62,270 nt of DNA from Methanoregula sp. (GCA_039698055.1 JBDKTL010000031.1:1-62270), one strand, 5' to 3'; shown: positions 40,851-50,791, numbered from the stretch's first letter. The notes: a model not told the origin generated them from the sequence alone. Program-made: numbers and translations.

Positions 40851-41537
40851 ATGGGCGAAAAGAAACAGGCAGAAAAATCAAGAAAAAGATGGACCAAGGT
40901 GCTTGCGATCATCGCGGGAGTGCTTTTTGTAGTTCTGATGGTCGTATCATCGATGGGATCGAGCTGGATGACCTCGCTTGCATCGGTAAAACCCGGTGAT
41001 GTCGTTGTGCTTGATTATACGATCCGCGATTCACATGGCTATCCTCTCGTCACATCTGACCAGGCAATCTATACACAAGCCATCGCTTCAGGAGATCAGG
41101 CGCTCTACTCAAAACAGCTGACCATAACGGCAAACCAGTCGCTCACCCAGCCGATATATCCTGTTCAGGTATATACATCTCAGTCCGGGTGGGGGCAGAA
41201 GTACGCGATTTTCGCCAGTGAATACGATGAACTCAGTACCGGCATTCTTGGGTTGAAAACAAATGAAAAGAAAACGATCAACACAGAATCCAGCAAGCCC
41301 ATGACCCAGAACTGGACCGATGACCAGCTGATGAAAAACAATCTCAATTTGTCAGATATGCGTGTCGGCCAGGTGCTTTCACTGGGTGTATCGGATGATC
41401 CTGAGGCAGCAATCACGAACACATCTGTCTATTATATCCGGATGGGGGAGATTGCAAACGTAACCGGTGATGGTATAATCCTTGACTTTTCTCACCCGAA
41501 TATGGACATCAGCGTTGTTTCGATCAACAAGGGATAA
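40851..41537 (+). CDS. Membrane-anchored FKBP/SlyD-like protein (degenerate)
   Basis: N-terminal TM; VKPGDVVVLDYTIRD...VTS, GILGLKTNEKKTI and ILDFSHP echo SlyD motifs. Confidence 0.55.
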   Translation: MGEKKQAEKSRKRWTKVLAIIAGVLFVVLMVVSSMGSSWMTSLASVKPGDVVVLDYTIRDSHGYPLVTSDQAIYTQAIASGDQALYSKQLTITANQSLTQPIYPVQVYTSQSGWGQKYAIFASEYDELSTGILGLKTNEKKTINTESSKPMTQNWTDDQLMKNNLNLSDMRVGQVLSLGVSDDPEAAITNTSVYYIRMGEIANVTGDGIILDFSHPNMDISVVSINKG

Positions 41538-41581
41538 CCCCCGGCCATACTCTTTTTAACCGTTTATATCCATGTCTGTGC

Positions 41582-41842
41582 ATGGCAGTACGGGTAATCT
41601 GTTTTTACCAGTTCGGGTGCATGGGCTGTAGGGAGCAGTCACCGATTAACAAAGAGGTAAGTGCACTCCTCTCCATCCCGATCGAGGAAATCGATGCGGT
41701 CAGCAATCCGGAATATCTACGGGAATACCAGCTGAAAGTGACCCCGACGATCATCGTGATCCAGGATGGGACAGTAAAAGAGCGGATGGAAGGTGTTGTC
41801 CATCGCGAACAACTGGAAACGGCGCTGAAAAAATATCTATGA
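41582..41842 (+). CDS. Thioredoxin-family protein
   Basis: CMGC active-site CxxC; YQLKVTPTII cis-Pro motif. Confidence 0.85.
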   Translation: MAVRVICFYQFGCMGCREQSPINKEVSALLSIPIEEIDAVSNPEYLREYQLKVTPTIIVIQDGTVKERMEGVVHREQLETALKKYL

Positions 41843-42412
41843 CCGGATCCCGTATACCCGTTTAATACGGTGTGCGATTGTCTTCCAGCCTTCTTTTCTC
41901 ATCAGCGGACCATCCCGCAGTTTCAGGTGGGAAATCTTGAACCGCTTTGCATCAACCACGTATTTCTCACCGACAACAAATTCGGTCTCCCCGTTGCATT
42001 CCATGTAGAGCGGGATCGTCTTGCGCCCGTCATGCATGGATATTTTCACAACGACCTGGTCTATCGTGCGTGTCCAGAGGGTGGTGACATCTTTTGCCTT
42101 TGCCCGCTGGGGACGTTTTGCGCCGCATTCGATCGCCGAAATTTCAACACCGTATGCTTCGTCTCCCACTTCGGCGACAAGATGGTCGTCAACAAACACT
42201 TCATCATCCTGTGCAAATTCAATACTCCCGACCAGTGACTCTCCTTCGCGTGAAACGATTGTTTTAACGACGAGGGGTTGCTGCTCTTTCTCTTTTGGAA
42301 TATGGTGGTGGTGCCCGCAGGCGGTGCACCGTACAAGGATATCCCGGGATTCGGCGACAACCTCGTGTTCAGTTTCGTCCTTGCATTCCGGGCAGGTAAC
42401 GGTGATAAACAT
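41837..42412 (-). CDS. Archaeal zinc-finger protein (HVO_0476-like)
   Basis: CPEC...HEV...CTACGHHH; start ATG 42412. Confidence 0.75.
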   Translation of the reverse strand: MFITVTCPECKDETEHEVVAESRDILVRCTACGHHHHIPKEKEQQPLVVKTIVSREGESLVGSIEFAQDDEVFVDDHLVAEVGDEAYGVEISAIECGAKRPQRAKAKDVTTLWTRTIDQVVVKISMHDGRKTIPLYMECNGETEFVVGEKYVVDAKRFKISHLKLRDGPLMRKEGWKTIAHRIKRVYGIRS

Positions 42413-42446
42413 TAAAATATGAATGGCAACCCTCACATGATAAAGC

Positions 42447-42875
42447 ATGAAGGCGCAGGAAACCATACGGTGCCGGGGTCATCCGCTCGTCCTTGGCACC
42501 CACCCGACCACATTTGAAGTGACTACCGAAGGGTACCTGACTTCCAATGGGAACTGCATTATCGGCATTGGCGCGGACAAAGGATGTGCAGGGCTTTCTG
42601 CGGCGTTCAAAGCCGTGCTGGCGCATGACAGCGCGGTACTCGTAACGCATCTTTCCTGTGCCGGGATTGAAGCTGAAGTACGATCGCAAGGGTCGTCACA
42701 GTTCACGCTCAATCATCCGACCGACCTTGTCTGGCGGAGAAGCACGTTTGTCTGCACACGGACGGTAGGGATTCTTTCAGATAACGTTGCAGGAACGCTG
42801 CCGGGAGAACTGATCGCCGCGCTGAAAACCGGGGCAGAGATGGTGGTCACCCTGACCGTTACGTGTCCCGGCTGA
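42447..42875 (+). CDS. DUF371 family protein
   Basis: GHPLVLGTHPTTFEVT...GNCIIG...VWRRSTF. Confidence 0.85.
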   Translation: MKAQETIRCRGHPLVLGTHPTTFEVTTEGYLTSNGNCIIGIGADKGCAGLSAAFKAVLAHDSAVLVTHLSCAGIEAEVRSQGSSQFTLNHPTDLVWRRSTFVCTRTVGILSDNVAGTLPGELIAALKTGAEMVVTLTVTCPG

Positions 42876-43044
42876 GCGTGGAAATTTTTACTTCCGCATC
42901 GGCAAGCAGCGTCTCGCACTGCCTGACCAGTATCGCGCCCTGCTCGTAGAGGCGCATGCTCTCGTCAAGACTGGTGTTCCCATCCTCAATTTTTGCAATA
43001 ATCTGCTTCAACTGCTCAATCTTCTGCTCATATGTTTCTGTCAT
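42859..43044 (-). CDS. xseB: Exodeoxyribonuclease VII small subunit
   Basis: YEQKIEQLKQII...SLDESMRLYEQG...CETLLADAE; directly downstream of xseA. Confidence 0.92.
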   Translation of the reverse strand: MTETYEQKIEQLKQIIAKIEDGNTSLDESMRLYEQGAILVRQCETLLADAEVKISTLSRDT

Positions 43045-44284
43045 GATCCACCTGCTCTACGGCAACAATGCTTTTTCCATCGGAGAACCGGATCTTCATC
43101 CGGTCGCCCGCCCTGATCTCGGTCACTGAATTCACGACCCGCCCCTCTTTTTCCGCCACGCAGTAACCCCGGGAAAGTACCGCTGACGGATTTACCCCCC
43201 CAAGTGCGGTCTGTAACCGGAAAAGGATCAGGCGCTCGCGCTCAGTTCTTGTCTGGAATGCCCGCCCGAACCGTTCTGCCAGATCAGCGAGATTCTGTTG
43301 TCGTTCTTCCAGTTTTCCCAAAAAACGCCGGGGCCTGATCCGGTCCCGGAGATCGGCACACTCTTCGCGTGCCCGTTCCACCCGGGAAAGCAGCGAGGAA
43401 CTCATCTGGTTTTTAAGATCCTTCAGCCGCTCCCGCAGTTCTTTCTGGTCCGGCACGACAAGTTCTGCTGCTGCTGACGGGGTTGGCGCCCGCATATCTG
43501 CTGCGAGGTCGGCAAGCGTCACGTCCACTTCGTGCCCTATCGCCGAAACTACCGGCACCGGGCTGGCGACAATCGCCCTCACGACCTCCGGCTGGTTGAA
43601 CGGGAAGAGATCCTCGAAACTCCCTCCGCCCCGGGCAATGATGATCACGTCCACCAGCCCGGCAAGCCGGCGTATCGCGTGCGCAATCTGGCCATGGGCA
43701 TCCTCACCCTGCACTGCGGTTGGCGAGATAACAATCTCGACCGGGTACCTCCGCTCAATCACGATCCTGATATCGTGGATGACTGCGCCGGTTTCAGAGG
43801 TAACCACGCCGACCCTCCTGGGGTACTGTGGGAGCAGTCGTTTCCGTTCTGCCGCAAAACAGCCTTCCTGTGCAAGTTCCTTTTTCCACCTTTCGACAAG
43901 CAGGTACTTCTCGCCGAGCCCCGCCTTTTCCATCGCTTTTACCTGCAGCTGGTATGTCCCGTGCGGGGCATATGACCTGACCGAACCGGCAATGATTACG
44001 TCCATGCCGTCCTGCGGGTCAAACGTGAGCCGGTCTGCATCCGAACGCCACATCACACATTTGATGACCGCAGCAGTGCTCCCGTTCTCCCCACGTTTCT
44101 CTGACAGGGAAAAGTAACGGTGCCCCCGTGCATGGTGGGTATAGTTCGTGATCTCTCCCTGTACCCTGATATCCTGCAGACGTTTGTCTTCAAGAAGACT
44201 CCCGATGATATGGGATACTTCGCTGACCGATAGCGGAGCAATAATCCCGACTTCCGATTTTTCAGGAGTGTAAAACCAGTCCAT
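43028..44284 (-). CDS. xseA: Exodeoxyribonuclease VII large subunit
   Basis: VQGEITN...GHRYFSL, VVTSETGAVIHD, ARGGGSFEDL, SAIGHEVD, RAPTPSAAAE, VLSRGY. Confidence 0.96.
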   Translation of the reverse strand: MDWFYTPEKSEVGIIAPLSVSEVSHIIGSLLEDKRLQDIRVQGEITNYTHHARGHRYFSLSEKRGENGSTAAVIKCVMWRSDADRLTFDPQDGMDVIIAGSVRSYAPHGTYQLQVKAMEKAGLGEKYLLVERWKKELAQEGCFAAERKRLLPQYPRRVGVVTSETGAVIHDIRIVIERRYPVEIVISPTAVQGEDAHGQIAHAIRRLAGLVDVIIIARGGGSFEDLFPFNQPEVVRAIVASPVPVVSAIGHEVDVTLADLAADMRAPTPSAAAELVVPDQKELRERLKDLKNQMSSSLLSRVERAREECADLRDRIRPRRFLGKLEERQQNLADLAERFGRAFQTRTERERLILFRLQTALGGVNPSAVLSRGYCVAEKEGRVVNSVTEIRAGDRMKIRFSDGKSIVAVEQVDHDRNI

Positions 44285-44323
44285 TAACAAGTATTATGCA
44301 TAAAGCGCTTATCAAATAGTATT

Positions 44324-45145
44324 ATGGTATCTTTTGGTGTCTCAAGCATGTTTTTTCACGAGTACACCATCAGTGAAATTTTCTCGTTTGTAAGCCGGGC
44401 CGGGCTTGACGGGATGGAATTCTGGCTGGAGACCCCCGATTTCTGGCTCCGGAATCTCCCGGTGCCCGAAGTCATCGCGAGCCGGAACCTGCACCCGTGC
44501 ATTACCTCACTGAACGTCCATACTCCTATCCTCGACCTGAATCCCTGTTCAATCAACCCGGAAGTTGCGGCAGTGTCGGTCTCATCAGCTGTCAGGTCTG
44601 TATCAGTAGCCGAATCGCTGGGAGCCCGCACCCTTACCGTCCACCCGGGCAGGCGTACCGCAAAACGACCTCCCGGTGAAGCGGATGAAGACCGGTTCCG
44701 GACCTATATTTCCGCACTTCACCGGGCAACGGTGGGAAATCATATCCGTATTGCGATGGAGAACATGGAAGTGAAGGTAAATTCACTTCTCTGTACGCCG
44801 GACCGGATGCGGGAAGTTCTTGACCATGAACCGTGGTTGTTCTTTACCCTCGATACAGCACATGCTCTCGCACAATCGGAAAAAGAAGCACTCCGGTATA
44901 TCGATCTCTGTTCAGACCGGCTGGTCAATGTACATATCAGCCGGGTGGATGGACACCGGCTGCACCTGCCGCTCGATCAGGACCCCGGTATCGCACGGAT
45001 ACTTGCGTCACTCAAAGACCATCATTTTTCCGGCAGCCTGGTACTGGAGATTGACGATCTCAATTTCTCCCGGACACTGTCTGCCGATGAAAAGATTGCA
45101 ATTCTTCGCCGTGATTCTGCATTCATGCACGAATGCCTGAATTAA
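44324..45145 (+). CDS. Xylose-isomerase/AP-endonuclease-2 TIM-barrel protein
   Basis: VHTP..DLNP, VHPG, AMEN, TLDTAH, NVHIS and VLE metal-ligand pattern. Confidence 0.85.
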   Translation: MVSFGVSSMFFHEYTISEIFSFVSRAGLDGMEFWLETPDFWLRNLPVPEVIASRNLHPCITSLNVHTPILDLNPCSINPEVAAVSVSSAVRSVSVAESLGARTLTVHPGRRTAKRPPGEADEDRFRTYISALHRATVGNHIRIAMENMEVKVNSLLCTPDRMREVLDHEPWLFFTLDTAHALAQSEKEALRYIDLCSDRLVNVHISRVDGHRLHLPLDQDPGIARILASLKDHHFSGSLVLEIDDLNFSRTLSADEKIAILRRDSAFMHECLN

Positions 45146-45239
45146 TCGCTGGGTTTATGTAATCTCCCCCCGAATATAGTGGTGTATCAGCATCTATGAA
45201 CCATACCGTACAATGTGCCTTCAACCGGCGTGAATTGAG

Positions 45240-46520
45240 ATGATAGAGGATATTGGTGGAATCCTGCTCTTCATCCTGTCTATCATCCTGTCTGCATTTT
45301 TTTCAAGCTCGGAAGTTGCCCTGATCTCGATCACCCGGGCAAAAGCACGGACACTTATTAACGAGGGCAGACCTGGCGCAAAGGCTCTTGGCGCCCTGAA
45401 AGAATCACCGGAACATCTCCTGACGACAATCCTTATCGGTAATACGGTTGTCAATATCGCCGCTGCTGCTATCGCTACAGCCATTTCCCTCCGAATATTT
45501 GGCGATATTGGTATCGGCATCGCCACGGGATTTGTGACTATCGTGCTTCTGGTTTTCGGTGAGATCGGCCCGAAGATCTATGCCTCGAGGGCATCTGATT
45601 CCTATGCGCTCACTATTGCGCCGGTTATCCTGTTCCTGTCAAAGATTTTTATGCCGTTTATCTGGGTTGTCGAACGAGTGAGCCCGTCGTTTGGGATCGG
45701 CAAGGAAACTTCGGAACCGGCAGTGACTGAAGAGGAGATCAAGGAATGGATCGATGTGGGAAAGGAAGACGGTTCCATAGAACAGGGCGAACAGGACATG
45801 CTCTATTCCGTGCTTGAGTTTGGCGATACTACTGCACGGGAGATCATGACGCCCCGCGTCGATGTCGTGATCATGGAAGACACCACAACCATCGATGAGG
45901 CAATCCGGATCTTCAGCGAAACCGGCTTCTCGCGAATTCCGGTGTACCACGAGCAGATTGACAACATCACCGGTGTCCTGAATGTCAAGGATGTCTTTGC
46001 TGCGACGGTTTCCAAACGACCGGATCTCTCGATTAAAGAGATCATGTATGACCCCACTTTTGTTCCTGAGACGAAAAAAATTGACGACATGTTAAAGGAA
46101 TTGCAGGTGCACCGGGTCCAGATCGCAATTGTCATCGACGAGTACAGCAGTTTTGTCGGCATCGTTACGGTCGAGGACATCCTTGAAGAACTTGTCGGGG
46201 ATATCATGGATGAATTCGACAAGGAGGAACCCGATGTCCAGAAGATCTCCGACGGGGTTTATGTGCTCGATGCCCAGATGTGGGTCGATGACATCAACGA
46301 GCGCCTGGAACTTGACCTGCCCATCGATGAATCCTATGAAACGGTCGGCGGACTCCTTATCGACCGGCTCGGCCATATTCCCCAGCACCCGGGTGAAAAA
46401 GTGGAGATAGAATCAGGACGGGTGACCCTTGTGGTGATCCAGATGCATGGCCGGCGGATTGTAAAGGTAAAATGTATTGTCCATCCTGGCAAGGATCAGC
46501 AGGATGCCGGCGCCAGGTAA
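45240..46520 (+). CDS. CNNM/CorB (hemolysin-family) membrane protein with CBS pair and CorC_HlyC domain
   Basis: SAFFSSSEVAL, ILIGNTVVN, FGEIGPK, IMTPRVD, FSRIPVY, VIDEY...VTVEDILEELVGDI. Confidence 0.92.
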   Translation: MIEDIGGILLFILSIILSAFFSSSEVALISITRAKARTLINEGRPGAKALGALKESPEHLLTTILIGNTVVNIAAAAIATAISLRIFGDIGIGIATGFVTIVLLVFGEIGPKIYASRASDSYALTIAPVILFLSKIFMPFIWVVERVSPSFGIGKETSEPAVTEEEIKEWIDVGKEDGSIEQGEQDMLYSVLEFGDTTAREIMTPRVDVVIMEDTTTIDEAIRIFSETGFSRIPVYHEQIDNITGVLNVKDVFAATVSKRPDLSIKEIMYDPTFVPETKKIDDMLKELQVHRVQIAIVIDEYSSFVGIVTVEDILEELVGDIMDEFDKEEPDVQKISDGVYVLDAQMWVDDINERLELDLPIDESYETVGGLLIDRLGHIPQHPGEKVEIESGRVTLVVIQMHGRRIVKVKCIVHPGKDQQDAGAR

Positions 46521-46541
46521 GCAGAATAAACGAGACAGCTT

Positions 46542-47147
46542 ATGACAAAACGTATCGCGGTGATCGCATCCGGCAGGGGATCGAATTTCCAGGCAGTTAT
46601 CGATGCGATTGCGTCCGGGAAGATCCCTGCCACCTGTGCGGCCCTCATTACGGACAACCCGGAGGCCTATGCAATTGAGCGGGCAGAAAAAGCTCATGTC
46701 CCTGTCACGGTTATCGATTACCATTCGTTTCCGTCGCGCGAAGTCTATGAGAGGGCCCTGTTTTCTGCGATGCAGCGTGTTGACCCGGACCTGTTTGTGC
46801 TTGCCGGCTATATGCGCATTGTCGGGCACGATATTGTCGAGGCATTCTCCGGCAGGATAATCAACATTCACCCGGCACTTCTTCCCAGTTTTACCGGGCT
46901 GCATGCCCAGCGGCAGGCAATCGCGCATGGCGTTAAAGTTGCCGGGTGCACCGTGCATTTTGTGGATGAAAGTCTTGATGGTGGTCCGATCATTCTCCAG
47001 CACTGCGTACCGGTCCTGGACCGCGACGATGAGGACACCCTTGCCGAGCGTATCCTCCACTACGAACATATCTGCCTGCCGGAAGCGATCCGGCTGTTCT
47101 GCGAAGAACGGCTGGTGATTGATGGCAGAAAAGTGCTTGTACGGTAA
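46542..47147 (+). CDS. purN: Phosphoribosylglycinamide formyltransferase
   Basis: ASGRGSNFQA, LAGYMRI, INIHPALLPSF, GCTVHFV..LDGGPII. Confidence 0.95.
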   Translation: MTKRIAVIASGRGSNFQAVIDAIASGKIPATCAALITDNPEAYAIERAEKAHVPVTVIDYHSFPSREVYERALFSAMQRVDPDLFVLAGYMRIVGHDIVEAFSGRIINIHPALLPSFTGLHAQRQAIAHGVKVAGCTVHFVDESLDGGPIILQHCVPVLDRDDEDTLAERILHYEHICLPEAIRLFCEERLVIDGRKVLVR

Positions 47148-47236
47148 CGGAGTTTTCATGTACTGGCTGCCGGCACACCGTTCCTTTTTTATCTGGCACG
47201 ATAATACTACTGGCAACCGGATGCCGGAGGCTGGCA

Positions 47237-47563
47237 TTGAAGGACCGATCGAAAAATCCCTCGACAAAAAAGATCGCGCTTGAACGGATTGCGATCCTGT
47301 TTGAGCAGGCCAAAGTGGCTTTCCACGAATCCCCCGCACAAAGCAACCGCTACGTGGAACTTGCCCGGAGGATTGCCATGCGGCAGCGGGTGCGGATTGA
47401 CCGGGAGTTCCGCAGGCAGTACTGCCATCATTGTTATGCCTTCCTTGTCCCCGGAAAAAATATGCGGGTGCGGGTGCACCGGGGTCATGTTTCCGTCACC
47501 TGCGGTGCCTGCAGAAAAACAACACGTTACCGGGTGGAAAAACAACATGCCAAAGAAAACTGA
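47237..47563 (+). CDS. rnp4: Ribonuclease P protein component 4 (Rpp21)
   Basis: IALERIAIL, RYVELARRIA, CHHC..LVPG...RVR...TCGAC; TTG start. Confidence 0.92.
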   Translation: MKDRSKNPSTKKIALERIAILFEQAKVAFHESPAQSNRYVELARRIAMRQRVRIDREFRRQYCHHCYAFLVPGKNMRVRVHRGHVSVTCGACRKTTRYRVEKQHAKEN

Positions 47564-47798
47564 CCAATCGATGCAGGATTTGAAACCGACTGTCTGGATC
47601 GGCAAACAGGGAAACAGCCCTACCATGATCGAAGAGATTGTCGCGCAGCTGAAAACACGAAAAACGATCAAAGTAAAATGGCTCCAGAACACGGAAGTCG
47701 ATCCGGAAGCGATTGCACGGGAAGCCAACGCGGTGCTCATTGAAGTCCGCGGGCGCACGATGGTGCTTTCCGAGCGCAGGAAACTTTCAAAAAATTAA
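47547..47798 (+). CDS. YhbY/CRM RNA-binding protein
   Basis: LKPTVWIGKQG, IKVK, VRGRTMVL; start ATG 47547. Confidence 0.88.
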   Translation: MPKKTDQSMQDLKPTVWIGKQGNSPTMIEEIVAQLKTRKTIKVKWLQNTEVDPEAIAREANAVLIEVRGRTMVLSERRKLSKN

Positions 47799-47835
47799 AG
47801 TGTTTTTTCTCCGGTATGACGGCAACCGGATTCTA

Positions 47836-47848
47836 GAAATATATAAAA
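47836..47848 (+). promoter_or_regulatory. Putative BRE/TATA box upstream of rps19e
   Basis: GAAATATATAAAA about 60 bp upstream of the rps19e ATG. Confidence 0.45.
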
Positions 47849-47905
47849 ACCTTATCCGCTAATATGTATAGACTGTTAATTGATATTCAACAGTGAGGAT
47901 TTTAG

Positions 47906-48499
47906 ATGACAACGGTATATGATGTCCCGGCTGACCACCTCATCCGGCAGGTTGCCGAGGAGTTAAAAAAACACAAAGAAGTTACTCCTCCGGTATGGGC
48001 TGCCTTTGCGAAGACCGGGACCCATAAAGAGATGCCGCCCGAAGACCCCGACTGGTGGTTTATCCGGGCAGCTGCAGTATTGAGGCGCGTCTATGTCGAC
48101 GGCCCGCTGGGTGTCGAACGAATGCGGAGTTTTTACGGCGGAAAAAAGAACCGTGGTTCAAAGCCCAATGCATTCAGGAAAGGCAGTGGATCGATCCTTC
48201 GCAAATCCCTCCAGCAGCTGGAGGCGCTTGGTTTCATTCTCCATGACAAGACCGGGCGCAAAGTGTCCCCCGCCGGTATGGCGTTTCTGGACAGCGTTGC
48301 AAGGGAAGTATCGATTCATCCGCCGGCACCCGTGCCCAAGCGAGTGAAAGCAGTTGTTGAAGAACCCAAGAAAGCTGAGGCCAAGAAGTCCGAAGGCAAG
48401 AAGGGTAAAGCCGTAGAAAAGACTGACGATGTAAAAGGCGATAAAAAGCCTGCTGCAAAGAAGTCTGAAGGCAAAAAAGCAGAAAAGTCTGACGCGTGA
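47906..48499 (+). CDS. rps19e: 30S ribosomal protein S19e with Lys-rich C-terminal extension
   Basis: MTTVYDVP, KTGTHKEMPP..DWW..RAA, KGSGSILRKSLQQLE. Confidence 0.96.
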   Translation: MTTVYDVPADHLIRQVAEELKKHKEVTPPVWAAFAKTGTHKEMPPEDPDWWFIRAAAVLRRVYVDGPLGVERMRSFYGGKKNRGSKPNAFRKGSGSILRKSLQQLEALGFILHDKTGRKVSPAGMAFLDSVAREVSIHPPAPVPKRVKAVVEEPKKAEAKKSEGKKGKAVEKTDDVKGDKKPAAKKSEGKKAEKSDA

Positions 48500-48560
48500 G
48501 ATTCACGTGGAAATCAGATAAAAAAATTTGTGCATACCGGTAAAAAAGTGAGGTGTATCC

Positions 48561-48899
48561 ATGGGAGATGACGAGCTCAGTGAAATCCGACAGAGAAGGA
48601 TGGCCCAACTGCAGCAGCAGGCGCAAAACCAGCAGTCGATGCAGGCAGAGCTTGAGCAGCAGGAGCGTGTCAAGTCTCAGATCCAGATGGTGCTTATGCA
48701 GGCTCTCGAACCAAATGCGCGGGAACGCCTCAATACCATCAAACTGACCAAGCCGGAATTTGCCGGTGCCGTGGAACAGCAACTTGTGCAGCTCGCCCAG
48801 AGCGGGCGTCTCAAGCAGAAAATTACGGATGCACAGCTCAAAGAACTGCTCCGGCAGATTGCGCCGGCCAAGCGGGATTACTCAATCACACGCAAGTGA
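48561..48899 (+). CDS. PDCD5-like DNA-binding protein
   Basis: DDELSEIRQRRMAQLQ, ARERLNTIKL.KPE, ITDAQLKELL. Confidence 0.92.
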   Translation: MGDDELSEIRQRRMAQLQQQAQNQQSMQAELEQQERVKSQIQMVLMQALEPNARERLNTIKLTKPEFAGAVEQQLVQLAQSGRLKQKITDAQLKELLRQIAPAKRDYSITRK

Positions 48900-49489
48900 T
48901 GAAAGCAGGAGTGCTTTACAGCGGCGGGAAGGACAGTTCCCTTGCAGCAATAATGCTGGGTACGTATTATGAGGTTGAACTCAACACGTTTGTGTTTGAC
49001 CCGGCCCGCTTAATCCCCACAATAGAATTGGCGGCAGAATCCCTGGGGTTTCCTTTGAAAAAACGAGTGTTCAGCGAAGAGTTGAAGAACGAAATGACAG
49101 ATCTGGTGGTTGCCTGCGGATATCCGAATGATGCGATAAACCGTGTACACCGGATTGCTGTTGAAACTCTCTGCAACGAGTATACTGTTGTCGGCGATGG
49201 CACGCGGTTTAATGACCGGGTACCGATGCTGACACGGGCAGAGGTGCAGAGTCTTGGCAACCGGACAGGGAGTTCGTATGTACGGCCCCTGCTTGGTTAT
49301 GTCAAGCCGGAAGTCGACCGGCTCGTGGAACGGTTCCTTGTCGTGAAGTATGGGGAAACCGGGACGATTGCAAATGGCGACTACGAATCCGAACTCAGGG
49401 ACGCGATCCGTGCACGCGGGATCGATCCCGCGTCCCTGTTTCCGGCGCACCACGATCAGTCACTGGTTGTGGGGAGAAAAGTAAACTGA
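48896..49489 (+). CDS. PP-loop (adenine nucleotide alpha hydrolase) protein
   Basis: LYSGGKDSSLAA, DGTR.NDRVP, DYESELR; conserved position between PDCD5 and rpl39e. Confidence 0.85.
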   Translation: MMKAGVLYSGGKDSSLAAIMLGTYYEVELNTFVFDPARLIPTIELAAESLGFPLKKRVFSEELKNEMTDLVVACGYPNDAINRVHRIAVETLCNEYTVVGDGTRFNDRVPMLTRAEVQSLGNRTGSSYVRPLLGYVKPEVDRLVERFLVVKYGETGTIANGDYESELRDAIRARGIDPASLFPAHHDQSLVVGRKVN

Positions 49490-49504
49490 TATCAGGAGAA
49501 AATC

Positions 49505-49657
49505 ATGAGTAAGTTAAGCAAAGGCAGAAAAATCCGGCTGGCAAAAGCATGCGACCAGAACCGGCGTGTGCCCCAGTGGGTGACCATCAGGACCAAGCGC
49601 AACGTCGTTTCGCACCCGAGAAGGCGGAACTGGCGGAGAAGCACGCTGAAGGTGTAA
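49505..49657 (+). CDS. rpl39e: 50S ribosomal protein L39e (not in the ORF track)
   Basis: Manual translation [50 protein letters not shown], with AGGAG RBS. Confidence 0.95.
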   Translation: MSKLSKGRKIRLAKACDQNRRVPQWVTIRTKRNVVSHPRRRNWRRSTLKV

Positions 49658-49660
49658 ATC

Positions 49661-49927
49661 ATGGCAGAACAGATGCAGGAGCACATCTATATTATTCCCC
49701 TTCGGGAAGCACGCAGGATGCCCCGGTGGAAGCGGGCGAACGGTGCAATTAAGGATATCCGGAAATATCTCGCAAAACACATGAAGAGTGAAGATGTGAA
49801 GCTTGACCAGGGTATCAATGAAAAGGTATGGAGCCGGGGTAGCCAGAAGCCGCCATCAAAAATCCGGATCCGTGCCATGAGGATGGAGGACGGGCAGGTT
49901 CAGGCGGAACTTGCACCGGAATCGTAA
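49661..49927 (+). CDS. rpl31e: 50S ribosomal protein L31e
   Basis: YIIPLR...[28 protein letters not shown]. Confidence 0.95.
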   Translation: MAEQMQEHIYIIPLREARRMPRWKRANGAIKDIRKYLAKHMKSEDVKLDQGINEKVWSRGSQKPPSKIRIRAMRMEDGQVQAELAPES

Positions 49928-49931
49928 CAAT

Positions 49932-50594
49932 ATGGAACGTACGATCACGTTTGGCGGAGATCCGAATATCGGGGTTTTTTCCCGGGTCATTGGCGATATT
50001 GCCATCATTCCCCCGGAATCTCCCGCGGATTTCCAGGATGCGATAAAATCTGCACTTGATGTCGAACTGGTAATTACAACTATCCAGGGCAGTGCGATTA
50101 TCGGTTCGCTTGTCGCCGGTAACAGTCGGGGGATTATTGTCTCCGGGCTTGTCACTGATGAGGAGCTTGCGGTATTGTCCGAACACCGCGAGGTAATGCG
50201 TCTTACTGAGTCGATGAATGCGGCAGGGAATGTGATCATGGCAAACGACCGTTTTGCCGCTGTCCACCCGGATATGCCCGCAGATCTTGCAAAAGAGATC
50301 GGGGACTTCCTTGGCGTTGACGTGATTTTCCTGACCCTTGGCGGGGTAAAAACGGTCGGTATGGCCGGGGTTGCCACCAACAAGGGCGTAATCGTGCACC
50401 CGCGGGCGCATGTATCGGAGATTTCCCGTCTTGAAGCGGTTGCACAGGTTCCTGTCGGTACCGGCACGATCAACATGGGCAGCGGACTTATCGGCACCGG
50501 CCTTTTAGTGAACGAACGGGGATATATTGCCGGCAATGCAACAAGCGGATTTGAGCTTGGCAGAATTGAAGATATATTTGGATTTCTGGAGTGA
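49932..50594 (+). CDS. eif6: Translation initiation factor aIF-6
   Basis: [41 protein letters not shown]; start ATG 49932. Confidence 0.95.
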   Translation: MERTITFGGDPNIGVFSRVIGDIAIIPPESPADFQDAIKSALDVELVITTIQGSAIIGSLVAGNSRGIIVSGLVTDEELAVLSEHREVMRLTESMNAAGNVIMANDRFAAVHPDMPADLAKEIGDFLGVDVIFLTLGGVKTVGMAGVATNKGVIVHPRAHVSEISRLEAVAQVPVGTGTINMGSGLIGTGLLVNERGYIAGNATSGFELGRIEDIFGFLE

Positions 50595-50605
50595 GAAGAA
50601 TGGTA

Positions 50606-50791
50606 ATGCAGAAGTTTGAGGTAAAAGGAACTTTCCTGATGGGTGAAGACTGGATGCCGTACACAAAAGTGATCGCGGCACCCAACGAGAAGCAGGCGCA
50701 GGAGCGCACGTACACGGTTCTTGGCAGCAAGCACCGGTTAGAACGCCGCTATATCAAAATTACCGGTGTGTCCCCTTTAAAGGGTGAATAA
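50606..50791 (+). CDS. rpl18a: 50S ribosomal protein L18Ae/LX
   Basis: FEVKG...YTKVI.A.NE..A.E..Y..LGSKH...R..I.I; start 50600 or 50606. Confidence 0.9.
   Translation: MQKFEVKGTFLMGEDWMPYTKVIAAPNEKQAQERTYTVLGSKHRLERRYIKITGVSPLKGE

Noticed and set aside
46413-47339. 308-aa minus-strand ORF
   Set aside because: Antisense to purN and rnp4, with no recognisable family.
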